From the IMG/VR virus record IMGVR_UViG_2579779116_000016, positions 1-42,915 of that record: a DNA stretch of 42,915 nucleotides; one strand, written 5' to 3'. This document shows positions 1-7,559 of the stretch, piece after piece; positions within the stretch are counted from its first letter, which is position 1, and each line of letters starts with the position of its first letter. A program made the position numbers and the translations under genes. Under the pieces are notes generated by a model, which worked only from the letters and a program-made list of their open reading frames with translations, was not told where the DNA came from and did no database searches. The stretch is from a virus (Duplodnaviria; Heunggongvirae; Uroviricota; Caudoviricetes).

Positions 1-1158
1 ATGCTCACCGTTAAGCAGATTGAAGCAGCAAAGCCGAAAGAAAAACCATACCGCCTACTCGATGGTAATGGCCTGTACCTTTATGTCCCTGTGTCAGGGA
101 AAAAGGTATGGCAGCTTCGCTACAAGATTGACGGTAAGGAGAAAATCCTGACCGTCGGAAAATATCCGCTTATGACTTTGCAGGAAGCAAGGGATAAAGC
201 ATGGACCGCGAGGAAAGACATCTCGGTTGGCATCGATCCGGTAAAGGCGAAAAAGGCTTCGTCTAACAACAATTCCTTTAGTGCGATTTACAAGGAATGG
301 TACGAGCACAAGAAGCAAGTCTGGTCAGTAGGCTATGCAACTGAACTTGCCAAAATGTTTGATGACGACATTTTACCCATCATCGGCGGTCTTGAGATTC
401 AGGATATTGAGCCGATGCAACTGTTGGAAGTAATCCGCAGATTTGAAGATCGCGGTGCAATGGAGCGAGCCAACAAAGCACGCAGAAGATGCGGCGAGGT
501 TTTCCGTTACGCTATTGTCACCGGAAGGGCTAAATATAACCCGGCACCTGACCTTGCAGACGCCATGAAAGGATACCGCAAGAAGAACTTCCCGTTTCTT
601 CCAGCAGACCAGATCCCTGCATTCAACAAAGCACTGGCAACATTTTCAGGAAGTATCGTATCGCTCATTGCGACCAAAGTTTTACGCTACACAGCCCTAA
701 GAACGAAAGAGCTTCGTTCCATGCTATGGAAGAACGTCGATTTTGAAAACAGGATTATCACCATCGACGCCAGTGTGATGAAGGGACGCAAAATTCATGT
801 GGTCCCGATGTCGGACCAGGTGGTTGAACTTCTCACTACGCTAAGCTCCATCACTAAACCAGTATCAGAGTTTGTTTTTGCCGGGCGCAACGATAAGAAG
901 AAGCCAATCTGCGAGAACGCGGTATTGCTTGTGATCAAACAAATCGGCTATGAGGGTCTGGAAAGCGGTCACGGATTCAGGCATGAATTCAGCACGATTA
1001 TGAACGAGCACGAATGGCCCGCTGATGCTATTGAAGTGCAACTGGCACATGCCAACGGCGGATCTGTGCGCGGGATTTACAACCATGCTCAGTATCTCGA
1101 TAAGCGCAGAGAAATGATGCAATGGTGGGCGGACTGGCTTGATGAAAAGGTGGAGTGA
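1..1158 (+). CDS. intS: Tyrosine integrase, P4-type, argW-specific (IntS-like)
   Basis: 385-aa ORF starting with ATG at base 1; translation matches my recollection of E. coli IntS of KplE1/CPS-53; position at prophage end next to tRNA-derived att. Confidence 0.88.
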   Translation: MLTVKQIEAAKPKEKPYRLLDGNGLYLYVPVSGKKVWQLRYKIDGKEKILTVGKYPLMTLQEARDKAWTARKDISVGIDPVKAKKASSNNNSFSAIYKEWYEHKKQVWSVGYATELAKMFDDDILPIIGGLEIQDIEPMQLLEVIRRFEDRGAMERANKARRRCGEVFRYAIVTGRAKYNPAPDLADAMKGYRKKNFPFLPADQIPAFNKALATFSGSIVSLIATKVLRYTALRTKELRSMLWKNVDFENRIITIDASVMKGRKIHVVPMSDQVVELLTTLSSITKPVSEFVFAGRNDKKKPICENAVLLVIKQIGYEGLESGHGFRHEFSTIMNEHEWPADAIEVQLAHANGGSVRGIYNHAQYLDKRREMMQWWADWLDEKVE

Positions 1159-1168
1159 TCCACCTTAG

Positions 1169-1618
1169 CTATCGAATGACACAAAGCCTTGAAATCCAGT
1201 GCAAAGCTTTTGGTACCTTGGTTTTGTCTAACGTCAAAGGGCAATCATCAAACTCACCTGTACGCGCATCGTTGATGATGTAGGTGATCACGCCAAACAC
1301 TGGCCGTGATGTATCCGACCCATCGTCTTTCAGCGGTAATGGCTCTCTTCTCCCATTTTCAGGGTTTTCCAGATACGGCTGCGGATGTGTCCTGTAGCGC
1401 ATAATCCTGAACTCACCATCAATAGCGCACACCAATAGAGAACCGTCTTTCGGTGTCAGCGACGAGTCGACGATAAGCATTGCACCTTTCATGATGCCAG
1501 CGCGCAGGTATGTAGAGCCCGCTATCATCATGTACGTAGCCGCCGGATGCGCGATTAGACGCTTGTCGAGCGATATGCGCTCCTCTACGTAATCTTGTGC
1601 TGGACTCGGGAATCCCAT
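1169..1618 (-). CDS. UmuD'-like protein (S24 peptidase/LexA C-terminal fold) beginning at the position of the UmuD' N-terminus; catalytic Ser/Lys apparently substituted
   Basis: 149-aa ORF with ATG and GGAGG RBS; N-terminus GFPSPAQDYVEERI...HPAATY...LIVDS...DGEF...VFGV aligns with UmuD from its Cys24-Gly25 cleavage site onward; positions of UmuD Ser60 and Lys97 appear to be Thr and Met/Arg by eye alignment; LexA box immediately upstream. Confidence 0.6.
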   Translation of the reverse strand: MGFPSPAQDYVEERISLDKRLIAHPAATYMMIAGSTYLRAGIMKGAMLIVDSSLTPKDGSLLVCAIDGEFRIMRYRTHPQPYLENPENGRREPLPLKDDGSDTSRPVFGVITYIINDARTGEFDDCPLTLDKTKVPKALHWISRLCVIR

Positions 1619-1635
1619 AACTCACCTCCGATAGT

Positions 1636-1655
1636 TACTGTATATGCATACAGTA
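1636..1655. promoter_or_regulatory. LexA (SOS) box overlapping the promoter of the UmuD'-like gene
   Basis: Perfect CTGT-N8-ACAG palindrome TACTGTATATGCATACAGTA, 18-37 nt upstream of the minus-strand start codon; candidate -35 TTGATC and -10 TAATAC just upstream on the minus strand. Confidence 0.7.
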
Positions 1656-1743
1656 TTATTGATCGGTGATGTCGATCAAGTGCTGTCTCATTTGATGTCT
1701 AGATGCTAGTATTTATGGCATTGAAAATTACAAGGAATTTGTT

Positions 1744-2406
1744 ATGAAAATTAGCAAGGGTTTGTTGGTGGCTGTGTTATGCGTTGTTGGATTGGCGTTA
1801 ACTTTCTTTATTAGAAGGGAGTATTTATCTAGCGAGAAACAAAACAAAATAAACAACTTCCAATCAGTGATGATGGACTTCAAAGACATGAACCTTGACC
1901 AGGCTGATGGTGACTATATTGTTTTTGGTGACTCTTTGATTCAGGGGATGAGCCATTATATTCTTGGCGTTAAATACGTCAACATGGGTGTTGGTGGGTA
2001 TACAGCATCGCAAATCACACAGTTAATTACATCTTCAAGCTTAGAGAAATATAAGAAAGTGCTCATTGAAGGTGGTGTTAATGATGCTCTTAGTCAATTA
2101 ACAGCAGAGCAGATAGGAAGGAAGATGAATGAAGCAATGGACGCAGCCCATGGAAAGGAGATCGTTCTTATTCAGATTCTACCATTGCTTGAATCTGCCA
2201 GGAAAGATTTCAAGAGAGTAAATGATAAAATACGTACCATCAATGCAATAACATCAAAACATTGCAAATCTATGCCTAAATGCTCTGTTGTTGATGTTCC
2301 AGAAGACTTTTTTAATGCTCCTAATGATTTTTATATGCCTGATGGAGTTCATCTTAGAAGTTATGGTTACCATGCATGGGCAAATCACATCAAACTTGCA
2401 CTATAG
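1744..2406 (+). CDS. SGNH/GDSL-family hydrolase with N-terminal membrane anchor (cargo gene in the lysogenic-conversion slot between int and tailspike)
   Basis: 220-aa ORF, AT-rich; N-terminal hydrophobic segment LLVAVLCVVGLALTFFI; GDSL block IVFGDSLIQG about 20 residues after the anchor; AAGGAA RBS. Confidence 0.7.
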   Translation: MKISKGLLVAVLCVVGLALTFFIRREYLSSEKQNKINNFQSVMMDFKDMNLDQADGDYIVFGDSLIQGMSHYILGVKYVNMGVGGYTASQITQLITSSSLEKYKKVLIEGGVNDALSQLTAEQIGRKMNEAMDAAHGKEIVLIQILPLLESARKDFKRVNDKIRTINAITSKHCKSMPKCSVVDVPEDFFNAPNDFYMPDGVHLRSYGYHAWANHIKLAL

Positions 2407-2410
2407 GTTA

Positions 2411-2430
2411 TGTGGGCCGTCAGGCCCACA
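2411..2430. terminator. Bidirectional intrinsic terminator hairpin between convergent SGNH gene and tailspike
   Basis: TGTGGGCC-GTCA-GGCCCACA perfect 8-bp stem, flanked by A/T-rich runs, located between the two convergent stop codons. Confidence 0.6.
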
Positions 2431-2433
2431 ATT

Positions 2434-4650
2434 TTATTGTATGTTTGTTATCTCTCCTGATACCATTGCTTTTATTGTCTGCCCGCCAGCTGGCTCTCCT
2501 TTGAGTACGAATCCCACCCTGCTAGTGTTTGAACCAAAAAGAAGATCTGCCCCTTTAGTTTGGTCGTAGAAAGTGTATGCATTGACGGTCCTCACCACTT
2601 GATCTGATGTTGTCACCCCAATTAATGATGTTTGACCATCCCTCTTAAGAAGTCCAGATAGTCCTGTAGATCTGCGCAAAGCGGCTGATATAGATATTGC
2701 GTAACCATCATATCCTGAAGGGGTTGATAGTTGAGCAAATCTTAGGAATTCAATACTTTGACCAGCTGCAGCAGTTGCATAGAGTCCATTGAAAATGAAT
2801 TTAGTAAATGATTGTCCACTTACGGTGGTGTCATAGCCTCTCTCGCAGGATAACGATTTAAACGCATATGTTGCATTTAGGAGTATTGTATTTTGTGATC
2901 TGGTAAGATTGTTTATCTTCATTGAAGGGAATTTCGACATATCTAGAATTCCATTTATCGATCCATTTCTGTCTGCTATGTCTATCTTTGTTTGTGTGTC
3001 TGTGTAATTGTTCTCAATGGTAAAAGATGAGAAAACACTAGGGTTGTCAATTTGATGGAATGTTTGACCAAAGTAATTACCGGAAATTGTGAGAGATTCT
3101 GGCTGGTTGTAGATGTATAGCTTGCTCTTTTCTACGTACATCCCAGTTACGCTTACGCCCTTGCAGTTTCCTATCTGTATTTCTCCGGACTCTACAGTGG
3201 AGTTGGTCAGGCTGATTCCCCATGTGTCAACGTAGACATCCTTCCCTGACTCGTGAGCATAGATAAGAGCGCTATCAAGTGTTAGCGTGTTTCCTGATAT
3301 TCCTGTTATTAACTTCGCATCAAGTCCCGCGTTTCCCTGAATCTCTATTATGTCCCACTTTAAAAAACCAGAAGCGCTTGCAACTGTTATCGAGTTGGCA
3401 CCTGCGGCAACATCTCTGGAAAGCGTCGTCTTTGGTGCATTGATGTTTATCGCTGCGGATCCAGATTGTCCGCTAGCTTGCAGGTAGCATCCCCCATGGA
3501 GTTTCACGGAGTTACCCCTCACTCTTACACCATTGAGGGTTCTTACTGAGCCGTTGATGGTTCCTGCAGTTTTCCCTGTGAACTCACCAACGATGCAGCA
3601 GATATCGACATCTGAAGATCGATGATTTACTGACTTGAAATCCCAGTGTCCATAAAACGCGTTAAGTACAACCCTGTCAGCGGCTAATGCCCCACGGGTT
3701 GAGACGCCGCCATCAATTGTAAATCCATCAACAATCTGGTCATGGTGAAGGCGGTCTCTCGATCTATCTCTTGGGTCAATGATTATATGGTGCATTGAGA
3801 TATCAGAAGATGTTGAGTTGAGGACTGTGCCGTCCTGACCAGCTCCAGACCACCTAAATCCTCTCTTGTCTACATCGAGCGTGAAACCTCCTATGCTGTA
3901 AACTCCGGCAGGGAAAGAAAGGCTCCTCATGTTTGCCTGCGCACGAGCAACACGGTTCCCCTCATCAACAGCTGCGACGTTTTCTACATCAGTGCCGCCA
4001 AACTCGAATGACGCATAGTTCATGTCAGGGAAACATACCAGATTGGCGTATTTACCTGCGGGCAACGTCAGGCTAAAAGTATTCAGATCCTGATTGGAGG
4101 AAATAACCCATTCTGATACGTTTTTTACTCCTTTCCCGTTCACGTACGTTCTGACGTGCATTCCATCTGGTACGCCACTAAAGTCTGTTTCCAGTAACTG
4201 TGTTACAGTTTCTATAGTGTAAATACGTCGAGACAAGGCGTTAGCAACGGTAGTGTCTAATGGGTCACCAACAAGAATTGATCCTGTACTCTCTCCGAGT
4301 CTTTGCTCAAGGCGATCAGGGTCATACTTCAGCACATTAGGAAAATAGAACTGCTGTGCACCATACGCATCATAAACAGCCATAGAATGGCCTTGCACAG
4401 TTACGAATTTGGCAATCTGTCCGTTATATACAGGATATCCAGCAGCGTTAATAATAATTGGTTGCGAAACAGGAACGTGAGAACCGTCTTCGTTCTCCAC
4501 ATAAACCTGAATCTGGTTTTCAGGATTTACAGGGTCAGTGTCAATTTTTCCGATATAAATTTTACCATTGGCTACGGCTTTAAAAGAACGCGCCATAGTG
4601 AAGAGTTGCGAAGGCATCGATACGATCACATTGGCTGTAATGTCTGTCAT
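2434..4650 (-). CDS. Tailspike protein: P22-type N-terminal head-binding domain fused to a distinct receptor-binding beta-helix domain
   Basis: 738-aa ORF; first ~110 residues ([11 protein letters not shown]...[33 protein letters not shown]...[12 protein letters not shown]...VLKYDPD) closely resemble the P22 gp9 head-binding domain; remainder is Gly/Ser/Asn-rich repeat typical of beta-helix tailspikes. Confidence 0.9.
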   Translation of the reverse strand: MTDITANVIVSMPSQLFTMARSFKAVANGKIYIGKIDTDPVNPENQIQVYVENEDGSHVPVSQPIIINAAGYPVYNGQIAKFVTVQGHSMAVYDAYGAQQFYFPNVLKYDPDRLEQRLGESTGSILVGDPLDTTVANALSRRIYTIETVTQLLETDFSGVPDGMHVRTYVNGKGVKNVSEWVISSNQDLNTFSLTLPAGKYANLVCFPDMNYASFEFGGTDVENVAAVDEGNRVARAQANMRSLSFPAGVYSIGGFTLDVDKRGFRWSGAGQDGTVLNSTSSDISMHHIIIDPRDRSRDRLHHDQIVDGFTIDGGVSTRGALAADRVVLNAFYGHWDFKSVNHRSSDVDICCIVGEFTGKTAGTINGSVRTLNGVRVRGNSVKLHGGCYLQASGQSGSAAININAPKTTLSRDVAAGANSITVASASGFLKWDIIEIQGNAGLDAKLITGISGNTLTLDSALIYAHESGKDVYVDTWGISLTNSTVESGEIQIGNCKGVSVTGMYVEKSKLYIYNQPESLTISGNYFGQTFHQIDNPSVFSSFTIENNYTDTQTKIDIADRNGSINGILDMSKFPSMKINNLTRSQNTILLNATYAFKSLSCERGYDTTVSGQSFTKFIFNGLYATAAAGQSIEFLRFAQLSTPSGYDGYAISISAALRRSTGLSGLLKRDGQTSLIGVTTSDQVVRTVNAYTFYDQTKGADLLFGSNTSRVGFVLKGEPAGGQTIKAMVSGEITNIQ

Positions 4651-4817
4651 TTAATTTGCTCCAGATACAAGGAATCGCCGCAGCATGGCTACGGTGAGTT
4701 TTTTGTGATAAAACAACTTTTTCGGAAGTTATTTTGTTCGCTTTTCGACCTACACTTTTTATGTAGGTCTCTCCTTCAAGCTCATTGCCTAAGCGTGGCT
4801 GCGGTGAATTTTGGGCA

Positions 4818-4841
4818 TAAAAAAACCCAGCCGAAGCTGGG
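4818..4841 (-). terminator. Intrinsic terminator downstream of ant
   Basis: On minus strand CCCAGC-UUCG-GCUGGG followed by a U-run (forward strand A-run 4818-4825 then hairpin 4826-4841). Confidence 0.55.
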
Positions 4842-4860
4842 TCGTTGCGTTGGTTATCTG

Positions 4861-5796
4861 TCAGTAATTATGTACTGAAGGAGGTAATTCTTTATTCTTA
4901 AGTCTCATCCATGCGGAAAGATTCGTTGGTCCGTCTGGCTCATTAATATCAACATCTCGTGTGTGATTGATTAAAACGTCTCTCGCCATTCCGATAACAT
5001 ACGAGAACTCATGACCGTAGTCGTAGCATCTGCCTGAATAGTTCGATTGAATTTGTTTTAGCGCCGGATACAGTTCGCGGAATAATGCCTGTGAGCGGTT
5101 GGCATAATCCCATAACCATACAAGGCTGTTTGCTTCTTTTGCAGAAAGCTCGTTTGCTTTCTTCTCTTGTTTGCCGATTAACTCGCCTTCAAGCGGAACG
5201 CGAGCTGCAAGTGACAGAGCTTCGGTAAACTGCTCATCGCTGATTTCTTTGTATGAACACCCAAAATGAGATTTCAGTGACGACCACATGGTAATCATTG
5301 CCTTCGCCTGTTTTTCTTTTGGCAGAGACTGACCGCGACTCATGACGAGTTGTTTAATGGCTTCCTGCTGTTCAGTGGTGATTTTACCCGGCAACGCCTT
5401 TTTAGCTTTGCGTGGGTTAACTACATGGCCTTTAGTCCAGTAGTCATGCAGCACGCTAAAGCATTCCTCCTGGTACTGAATCAGTTTATCACGGATGTCA
5501 GCACGAACTTTCTCAGGGTTGATGCTGAACAGCCATCCATTTAACTTCTTCAAAGGAAGGCAGAGTAGCTTACGAAGCTTCCCATCAGCGGCAACCATGT
5601 TCATATGAACACAGTTGAATTTGCTAATCTGCTTCATGAGTTTTGTTTGCTGCGTTGACCAGCTCATTCCAAGGTTTTCAACGATTGGCTTCATCGCAAC
5701 GTATGCAACTCCGGCAGCCATGGCGGTGATAATTTGCTGACCGTTGAATGGTACGTAAGAGGTGTTCACTGCTTCTAAAATTGCTATACTATTCAT
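4861..5796 (-). CDS. ant: Antirepressor Ant (P22 immI type)
   Basis: ORF track gives 4861..5862 from a TTG; ATG at 5796 with GGAGA RBS gives [21 protein letters not shown]..., matching my recollection of the P22 Ant N-terminus; sits downstream of arc as in P22. Confidence 0.85.
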   Translation of the reverse strand: MNSIAILEAVNTSYVPFNGQQIITAMAAGVAYVAMKPIVENLGMSWSTQQTKLMKQISKFNCVHMNMVAADGKLRKLLCLPLKKLNGWLFSINPEKVRADIRDKLIQYQEECFSVLHDYWTKGHVVNPRKAKKALPGKITTEQQEAIKQLVMSRGQSLPKEKQAKAMITMWSSLKSHFGCSYKEISDEQFTEALSLAARVPLEGELIGKQEKKANELSAKEANSLVWLWDYANRSQALFRELYPALKQIQSNYSGRCYDYGHEFSYVIGMARDVLINHTRDVDINEPDGPTNLSAWMRLKNKELPPSVHNY

Positions 5797-5864
5797 GTTG
5801 GTTTTTCTCCACGGATTTACTGACAACCGAAGCCCTGACTGTTCCCGCAGTTGGGGCTTCAACT

Positions 5865-6026
5865 TTACGCGCCAATGCGCCCTTCCCTCTTAAAGCTTTC
5901 CATTACTCTCTGATAAATCTCAGAGTTAACAGACCGACCATTCTCTTCCGCCACCTTGCGTACCAAATCTAATACTTCTTTAGGCCACCGCAAATTGAAC
6001 TGCGGCATCTTGCTCATTCCTTTCAT
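5865..6026 (-). CDS. arc: Arc repressor (ribbon-helix-helix)
   Basis: 53-aa product [53 protein letters not shown], essentially P22 Arc; the track ORF is an upstream in-frame extension. Confidence 0.95.
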   Translation of the reverse strand: MKGMSKMPQFNLRWPKEVLDLVRKVAEENGRSVNSEIYQRVMESFKREGRIGA

Positions 6027-6040
6027 ATTCACCTCACAAT

Positions 6041-6061
6041 ATAGGTCCACCGTGGACCTAT
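6041..6061. promoter_or_regulatory. Mnt operator (Omnt)-like perfect palindrome in the arc/mnt divergent promoter region
   Basis: ATAGGTCCACCGTGGACCTAT is a perfect odd-centred palindrome between arc and mnt. Confidence 0.6.
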
Positions 6062-6068
6062 TGAGAAT

Positions 6069-6089
6069 ATAGTAGAGTGCTTCTATCAT
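6069..6089. promoter_or_regulatory. Arc operator (Oarc)-like partially symmetric site
   Basis: ATAGTAGAGTGCTTCTATCAT between Omnt and mnt; resembles the P22 arc operator by recollection. Confidence 0.5.
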
Positions 6090-6116
6090 GTCAATACACT
6101 AACTTGGAGTGATGGC

Positions 6117-6368
6117 ATGGCTAGAGATGATCCGCACTTTAACTTCCGTATGCCTATGGAAGTAAGGGAGAAATTAAAATTCAGGGCGGAGGCGAATGGG
6201 AGATCAATGAACTCCGAGTTGTTACAAATCGTCCAAGATGCTCTATCAAAACCATCGCCTGTGACTGGATATCGTGACGATGCAGAACGACTCGCTGATG
6301 AGCAGTCAGATCTTGTTAAGAAGATGGTGTTTGATACGCTGAAGGATTTGTACAAAAAAACCACCTGA
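6117..6368 (+). CDS. mnt: Mnt repressor (maintenance of lysogeny, ribbon-helix-helix)
   Basis: 83-aa product MARDDPHFNFRMPMEVREKLKFRAEANGRSMNSELLQIVQDAL..., essentially P22 Mnt. Confidence 0.95.
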   Translation: MARDDPHFNFRMPMEVREKLKFRAEANGRSMNSELLQIVQDALSKPSPVTGYRDDAERLADEQSDLVKKMVFDTLKDLYKKTT

Positions 6369-6467
6369 CGGTGAGTTAATTTTTGCATTTACCTGGGCCA
6401 TATTGACTAATTATAAAATGAGATCAATATTTAATCGCCCAATAACTGGTGTATGTTGAGGTATATC

Positions 6468-6647
6468 ATGGCGAAAAAACCAGGTGAAAACACAGGAAAA
6501 AACGGCGGAATATACCAAGAAGTTGGCCCACGCGGCGGTAAGAAAGACAATTTTGCCACCGTCAAGGACAACGAAAGGCTTCCACCAACAACAAAGCCAG
6601 GTCATGGCTGGGTATTGGATAAGCGAACTCCAGACAGCAAAAAGTAA
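6468..6647 (+). CDS. Small basic Gly/Lys-rich protein (59 aa), immI-adjacent, function unknown
   Basis: ATG at 6468 inside track ORF 6453..6647; product MAKKPGENTGKNGGIYQEVGPRGGKK...PPTTKPGHGWVLDKRTPDSKK; P22 has a 59-codon ORF at this position by recollection. Confidence 0.55.
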   Translation: MAKKPGENTGKNGGIYQEVGPRGGKKDNFATVKDNERLPPTTKPGHGWVLDKRTPDSKK

Positions 6648-6660
6648 TAATCAAGCCGGG

Positions 6661-7026
6661 TCACTCCGGCTTTTTGATATGTCGCTCGCAGAACTCAACA
6701 AGCCTGCTCATTAAGTAGCAGTAAGTCTCGTTGGCTCTTCCTGGTTCAACATCAACACCTACCCTTGAGCAGATATCGAATGCCATGTGAGCGCACTCAT
6801 GGGCAATAGTAGATAGTTTGCCATTGAACACGCCTATCACATGCAAAACACCATTCTCGCTACTCATTGTATGAGACGCTCCGTTGGCGTCCGAGTCATG
6901 CACGTCAACGCCAAGTTTTTGATGCAGGCGTTGCCATTCTGGAAAGTCTCTACAAAACACAATTGTACCGCTCTCAAAGAGCGGTACGAGCATCTTTGGT
7001 ACGTTTCCAATGTTAACTTTTTTCAT
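6661..7026 (-). CDS. Small HExxH zinc-metallopeptidase-like protein (ImmA/IrrE, DUF955-like motif)
   Basis: 121-aa ORF with ATG; motif KLSTIAHECAHMAFD resembles the (F)T(I/L)AHE(L/C)(G/A)H signature of ImmA/IrrE peptidases, with Glu residues 14 and 20 positions after the second His. Confidence 0.5.
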   Translation of the reverse strand: MKKVNIGNVPKMLVPLFESGTIVFCRDFPEWQRLHQKLGVDVHDSDANGASHTMSSENGVLHVIGVFNGKLSTIAHECAHMAFDICSRVGVDVEPGRANETYCYLMSRLVEFCERHIKKPE

Positions 7027-7060
7027 GGTATCCTGCGCAAAACTAAGGAGAGTTAATTAT

Positions 7061-7546
7061 ATGAAAAAATCACTGTTAATTATCCCGCTTCTGCTGGCTG
7101 GGTGCGCAAAAGTAAGCGACTATCAGGCAAGTTGCGAGCAACGCTATCCAAAGCTTAGCGATATGGCTAATTGCCTTGATGCCAGCTTGAAGAACGACTC
7201 TCGCATGGCATCAGCACCAACACCTAAGCTGTATGTCCTTGCTGCGAAGATGCTCGGGCAAGGTGTCGATGAAGGCAAGATAAGTGACACACAGGCAAGA
7301 CTTGAACTTCAGAATCTTTATGTTCAATTACAAAGCCAAGAACAAGCACAACAAATAGCACAAAGCCAAGCATTCCAGCAGGCTTTATTGAATTATCAGG
7401 CTGTAAACACAATGCAAGCGATCGAGCAAAAAGCGCGCCAGCCTGTTATAACTCAACCTTACCCAACACGCGTTGACACATATACAAACTGCAATTCAGG
7501 ATTTGGAAACACGGTAACATGCAACAGTAGCAGTAATATCAGATAG
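7061..7546 (+). CDS. Lipoprotein with Gln-rich coiled-coil region (cargo in the sieA slot); candidate superinfection-exclusion factor
   Basis: ATG at 7061 with AAGGAG RBS; signal peptide and lipobox MKKSLLIIPLLLAGC; Q-rich segment QLQSQEQAQQIAQSQAFQQALLNYQ; C-terminal Cys/Asn/Ser-rich tail. Confidence 0.65.
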   Translation: MKKSLLIIPLLLAGCAKVSDYQASCEQRYPKLSDMANCLDASLKNDSRMASAPTPKLYVLAAKMLGQGVDEGKISDTQARLELQNLYVQLQSQEQAQQIAQSQAFQQALLNYQAVNTMQAIEQKARQPVITQPYPTRVDTYTNCNSGFGNTVTCNSSSNIR

Positions 7547-7559
7547 TTATATCTTATTT

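Noticed and set aside
4303-4878. 191-aa plus-strand ORF overlapping the tailspike N-terminus and the ant-tailspike leader
   Set aside because: Antisense shadow ORF inside a well-supported tailspike gene; low-complexity translation, no RBS.
5797-5862. Upstream TTG start of the ant ORF given by the ORF track (4861..5862)
   Set aside because: The in-frame ATG at 5796 has a proper RBS and yields the conserved Ant N-terminus; the upstream extension would run through the arc-ant spacer.
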